Sequence record: DRR723986_28680
Strand: one strand, 5' to 3'
DNA length: 48,958 nt
Shown here: positions 47,156-48,958 of the stretch, one piece after another
Layout of the letters: each line of letters begins with the position of its first letter
Numbering within the stretch: the stretch's first letter is position 1
Position numbers and translations under genes: made by a program
Notes under the pieces: model-generated
The model's database searches: none
What the model was told of the DNA's origin: nothing
Seen by the model: the letters and a program-made list of their open reading frames with translations, nothing else

Positions 47156-48019
47156 ATGAAGATTCTCAAAACTATGTTATTGGCACTTGCTTTTTTAAGT
47201 GTTACTACCAGCCATTCTCAAGACGAGTTTTTTGCGTTAATCGCTCAAAACCCAAACGCGGATTATGACTACCCAGGCTTCATTTGCCCACATTACAACT
47301 CTTATTTTGTAGAACCAACAATATCTAATTTAGGTTTACTTGGAAAAGTTAAAAAGGTAGAATATGCTGATGGAACGCTGCTAGAGTTTAACTCTAACGG
47401 CAAAATAACCAAACAGGTCCAAGTATTCGACTCAAGTCCTGGATCTAGAACTACGCTTTATGAATATAATGATCAGAATCAGTTAATATTCATGTCTAGC
47501 AAGAGTGAAGGATTCAGTGATGCCTCATTTCAAAAGCATTTAGAGTATTCTAAAACTGGTATAATAACCCAAACATTCATTCGAGATAAGGATACTACCA
47601 TCACCAAAATAACTGAAGATCAAATATACAACAGCAGAAGAAGTGTAACTAGAAACTCAATGGGTTTGATTGTAAAAAGCGGGGAATCTACTTATGAGTA
47701 TGATGGTAGAAAAAGACTGATTAAAATTAAAAGTTCTGGTTCAGTTGAAAATAGGTATTACAATGAAAACAATACGCTATCTAGAATTGAATATAAGGAG
47801 AAAAATAAAGAAACATATGTGAGTTTTAGGTATGATCCTAAAGGCAAATGGATTCGTGAAAAATCTACAAAAGTTGTATTTGGAAATTCAAGAGTTAATA
47901 TCGATAATTTGATAACGCTAGAGTTCGATTCTAAAGGCAATTGGACAACTATGGACATCAAGGACAACAAAGACAGTAGATTCAGTAAGAAGCATACACG
48001 AGTTATAACCTACTATTAA
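47156..48019 (+). CDS. Secreted YD-repeat-like protein
   Basis: Signal peptide (HS-Q); LLGKVKKV, YEYNDQNQL, YEYDGRKRL, YDPKGKW, FDSKGNW, RVITYY. Confidence 0.75.
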   Translation: MKILKTMLLALAFLSVTTSHSQDEFFALIAQNPNADYDYPGFICPHYNSYFVEPTISNLGLLGKVKKVEYADGTLLEFNSNGKITKQVQVFDSSPGSRTTLYEYNDQNQLIFMSSKSEGFSDASFQKHLEYSKTGIITQTFIRDKDTTITKITEDQIYNSRRSVTRNSMGLIVKSGESTYEYDGRKRLIKIKSSGSVENRYYNENNTLSRIEYKEKNKETYVSFRYDPKGKWIREKSTKVVFGNSRVNIDNLITLEFDSKGNWTTMDIKDNKDSRFSKKHTRVITYY

Positions 48020-48771
48020 TCCTCAACCATGGTTAAAACCACGTTCTTAAAAGACATGTCGTAAGTGGAATAATCGATCATACCTGCAGTCACTAAAATC
48101 TGCCGATTGTTTATCCATTTCAAAGACATTGGTCCCCAATTCAATGGGTCTACGTGGCCCACTTCAATAATTTCGTCATTTTCTAAAGAATAAAGTTCGA
48201 ATCCATTATCAGTAAAAGCCGCCTCTAAATCTGTGTTTCCAGTAAGCACCCATTTTTGATCTGGCGAAAAAGTAGGACGTCCACTCATCTCAGACATTTT
48301 TCCCGTCTTCTTACTTACTAAGACTGACCAATGAAATTCATAGCCAGTAGCGAACAGCTCCCAAAAGTCTGAACCATTCACATCACCTTGAAAAGAATAA
48401 AATGCACAATCAATATCATCATCATTAAGGAAAGGAATGTCCTCTAAAACAACGAGTCCGTTCTTTACAGTTTCAAAAAGTAATGAATCACCGTTTCTAG
48501 ATACATTAGAAAAAAATTGCATCAAGGAATCCTCCTTTAACCAACTCCTAACAATCTTGCCTTGATTCAAATCGTTGGTCGCTGTATCTTGAACTAAAAA
48601 CTTCTTATTCCCCATCCACAAAAAACTATCAATTGGTTCATTTGTAATTAAGGAATCTTCTTGAATGATAATTGAACTGTCAGTTTCTTGTGTAAATTCA
48701 GATTGCTCATGAGCCTGCTCACCACAAGAACTCAATAGAATTGTAAAGATGATTAATAGATAGCTTCGCAT
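48016..48771 (-). CDS. Hypothetical lipoprotein
   Basis: Lipobox LSSC; acidic; PTFSPDQKW, WGP..LKW. Confidence 0.75.
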   Translation of the reverse strand: MRSYLLIIFTILLSSCGEQAHEQSEFTQETDSSIIIQEDSLITNEPIDSFLWMGNKKFLVQDTATNDLNQGKIVRSWLKEDSLMQFFSNVSRNGDSLLFETVKNGLVVLEDIPFLNDDDIDCAFYSFQGDVNGSDFWELFATGYEFHWSVLVSKKTGKMSEMSGRPTFSPDQKWVLTGNTDLEAAFTDNGFELYSLENDEIIEVGHVDPLNWGPMSLKWINNRQILVTAGMIDYSTYDMSFKNVVLTMVED

Positions 48772-48789
48772 AGTTAAAAATAAGATTAT

Positions 48790-48957
48790 CTAGCTTTCTG
48801 CTAGCTCAGTGCTCGGTTTCTTTTTCAATTGTGTCAATCCAAAAACCAAAAAGAAAAGCAAGCCTGATACTGAAATCATAGCACCAGTGATACTGACATT
48901 TAACATCACAGCACCAATAAACCCAATAATTACTGCTAAAACTCCAAAACCACAGGC
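48790..48957 (-). CDS. 3' end of a probable metal ABC transporter permease (MntB/ZnuB-like)
   Basis: Manual translation ...ACGFGVLAVIIGFIGAVMLNVSITGAMISVSGLLFFLVFGLTQLKKKPSTELAES*; runs off the window end. Confidence 0.55.
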   Translation of the reverse strand, partial: ACGFGVLAVIIGFIGAVMLNVSITGAMISVSGLLFFLVFGLTQLKKKPSTELAES

Positions 48958-48958
48958 T

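Noticed and set aside
5500..47970. Short alternative-frame and antisense ORFs in the track (e.g. 5500-5766, 7900-8190, 9932-10252, 21170-21535, 26221-26406, 35318-35701, 38523-38915, 46107-46379)
   Set aside because: They lie within well-supported genes, lack recognisable motifs and read as shadow ORFs.
1..48958. CRISPR arrays, tRNA/rRNA, IS elements, prophage or integrase
   Set aside because: Intergenic gaps are all about 230 nt or less with no spaced direct repeats or cloverleaf, and no ORF shows transposase, integrase or phage motifs.

Overview
AT-rich, gene-dense chromosomal window from a Bacteroidota genome, most likely Flavobacteriales (inferred from TAnnTTTG promoters, absence of Shine-Dalgarno motifs, Gln at +1 after signal peptides, tamL/trmH and guaB/surA synteny, bshC). 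It holds about 45 CDS. The left end is part of a surface-polysaccharide locus (rfbA, DUF4956-like protein, CotH kinase, O-antigen ligase/polymerase, SGNH protein). Next come two secreted MORN-repeat paralogues with an NRAMP-like transporter, a TonB-dependent receptor, and a four-gene SGNH/GT4/FkbM/wecB cassette. Core genes follow (tamL, trmH, nucleoside phosphorylase, bshC, cyclophilin, dciA, recF, guaB, three SurA-type chaperones, acyltransferase), then an XRE-regulated module. I found no tRNA, rRNA, CRISPR array, transposase, integrase or convincing defence system. The most unusual signals are: (i) a CotH kinase + DUF4956-like pair translationally coupled inside a polysaccharide operon; (ii) a Flavo-1-like structured RNA carrying a nested REP-like palindrome; (iii) pseudo-palindromic operators phased at exactly 21 bp over an XRE promoter; (iv) shared ECF-type promoters and many apparently leaderless genes; (v) a frataxin-like DUF1801/YdeI protein with a CDGSH [2Fe-2S] tail; (vi) a signal peptide encoded in a 121-nt gene overlap. 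All family calls come from motif recognition by eye; no searches were run.
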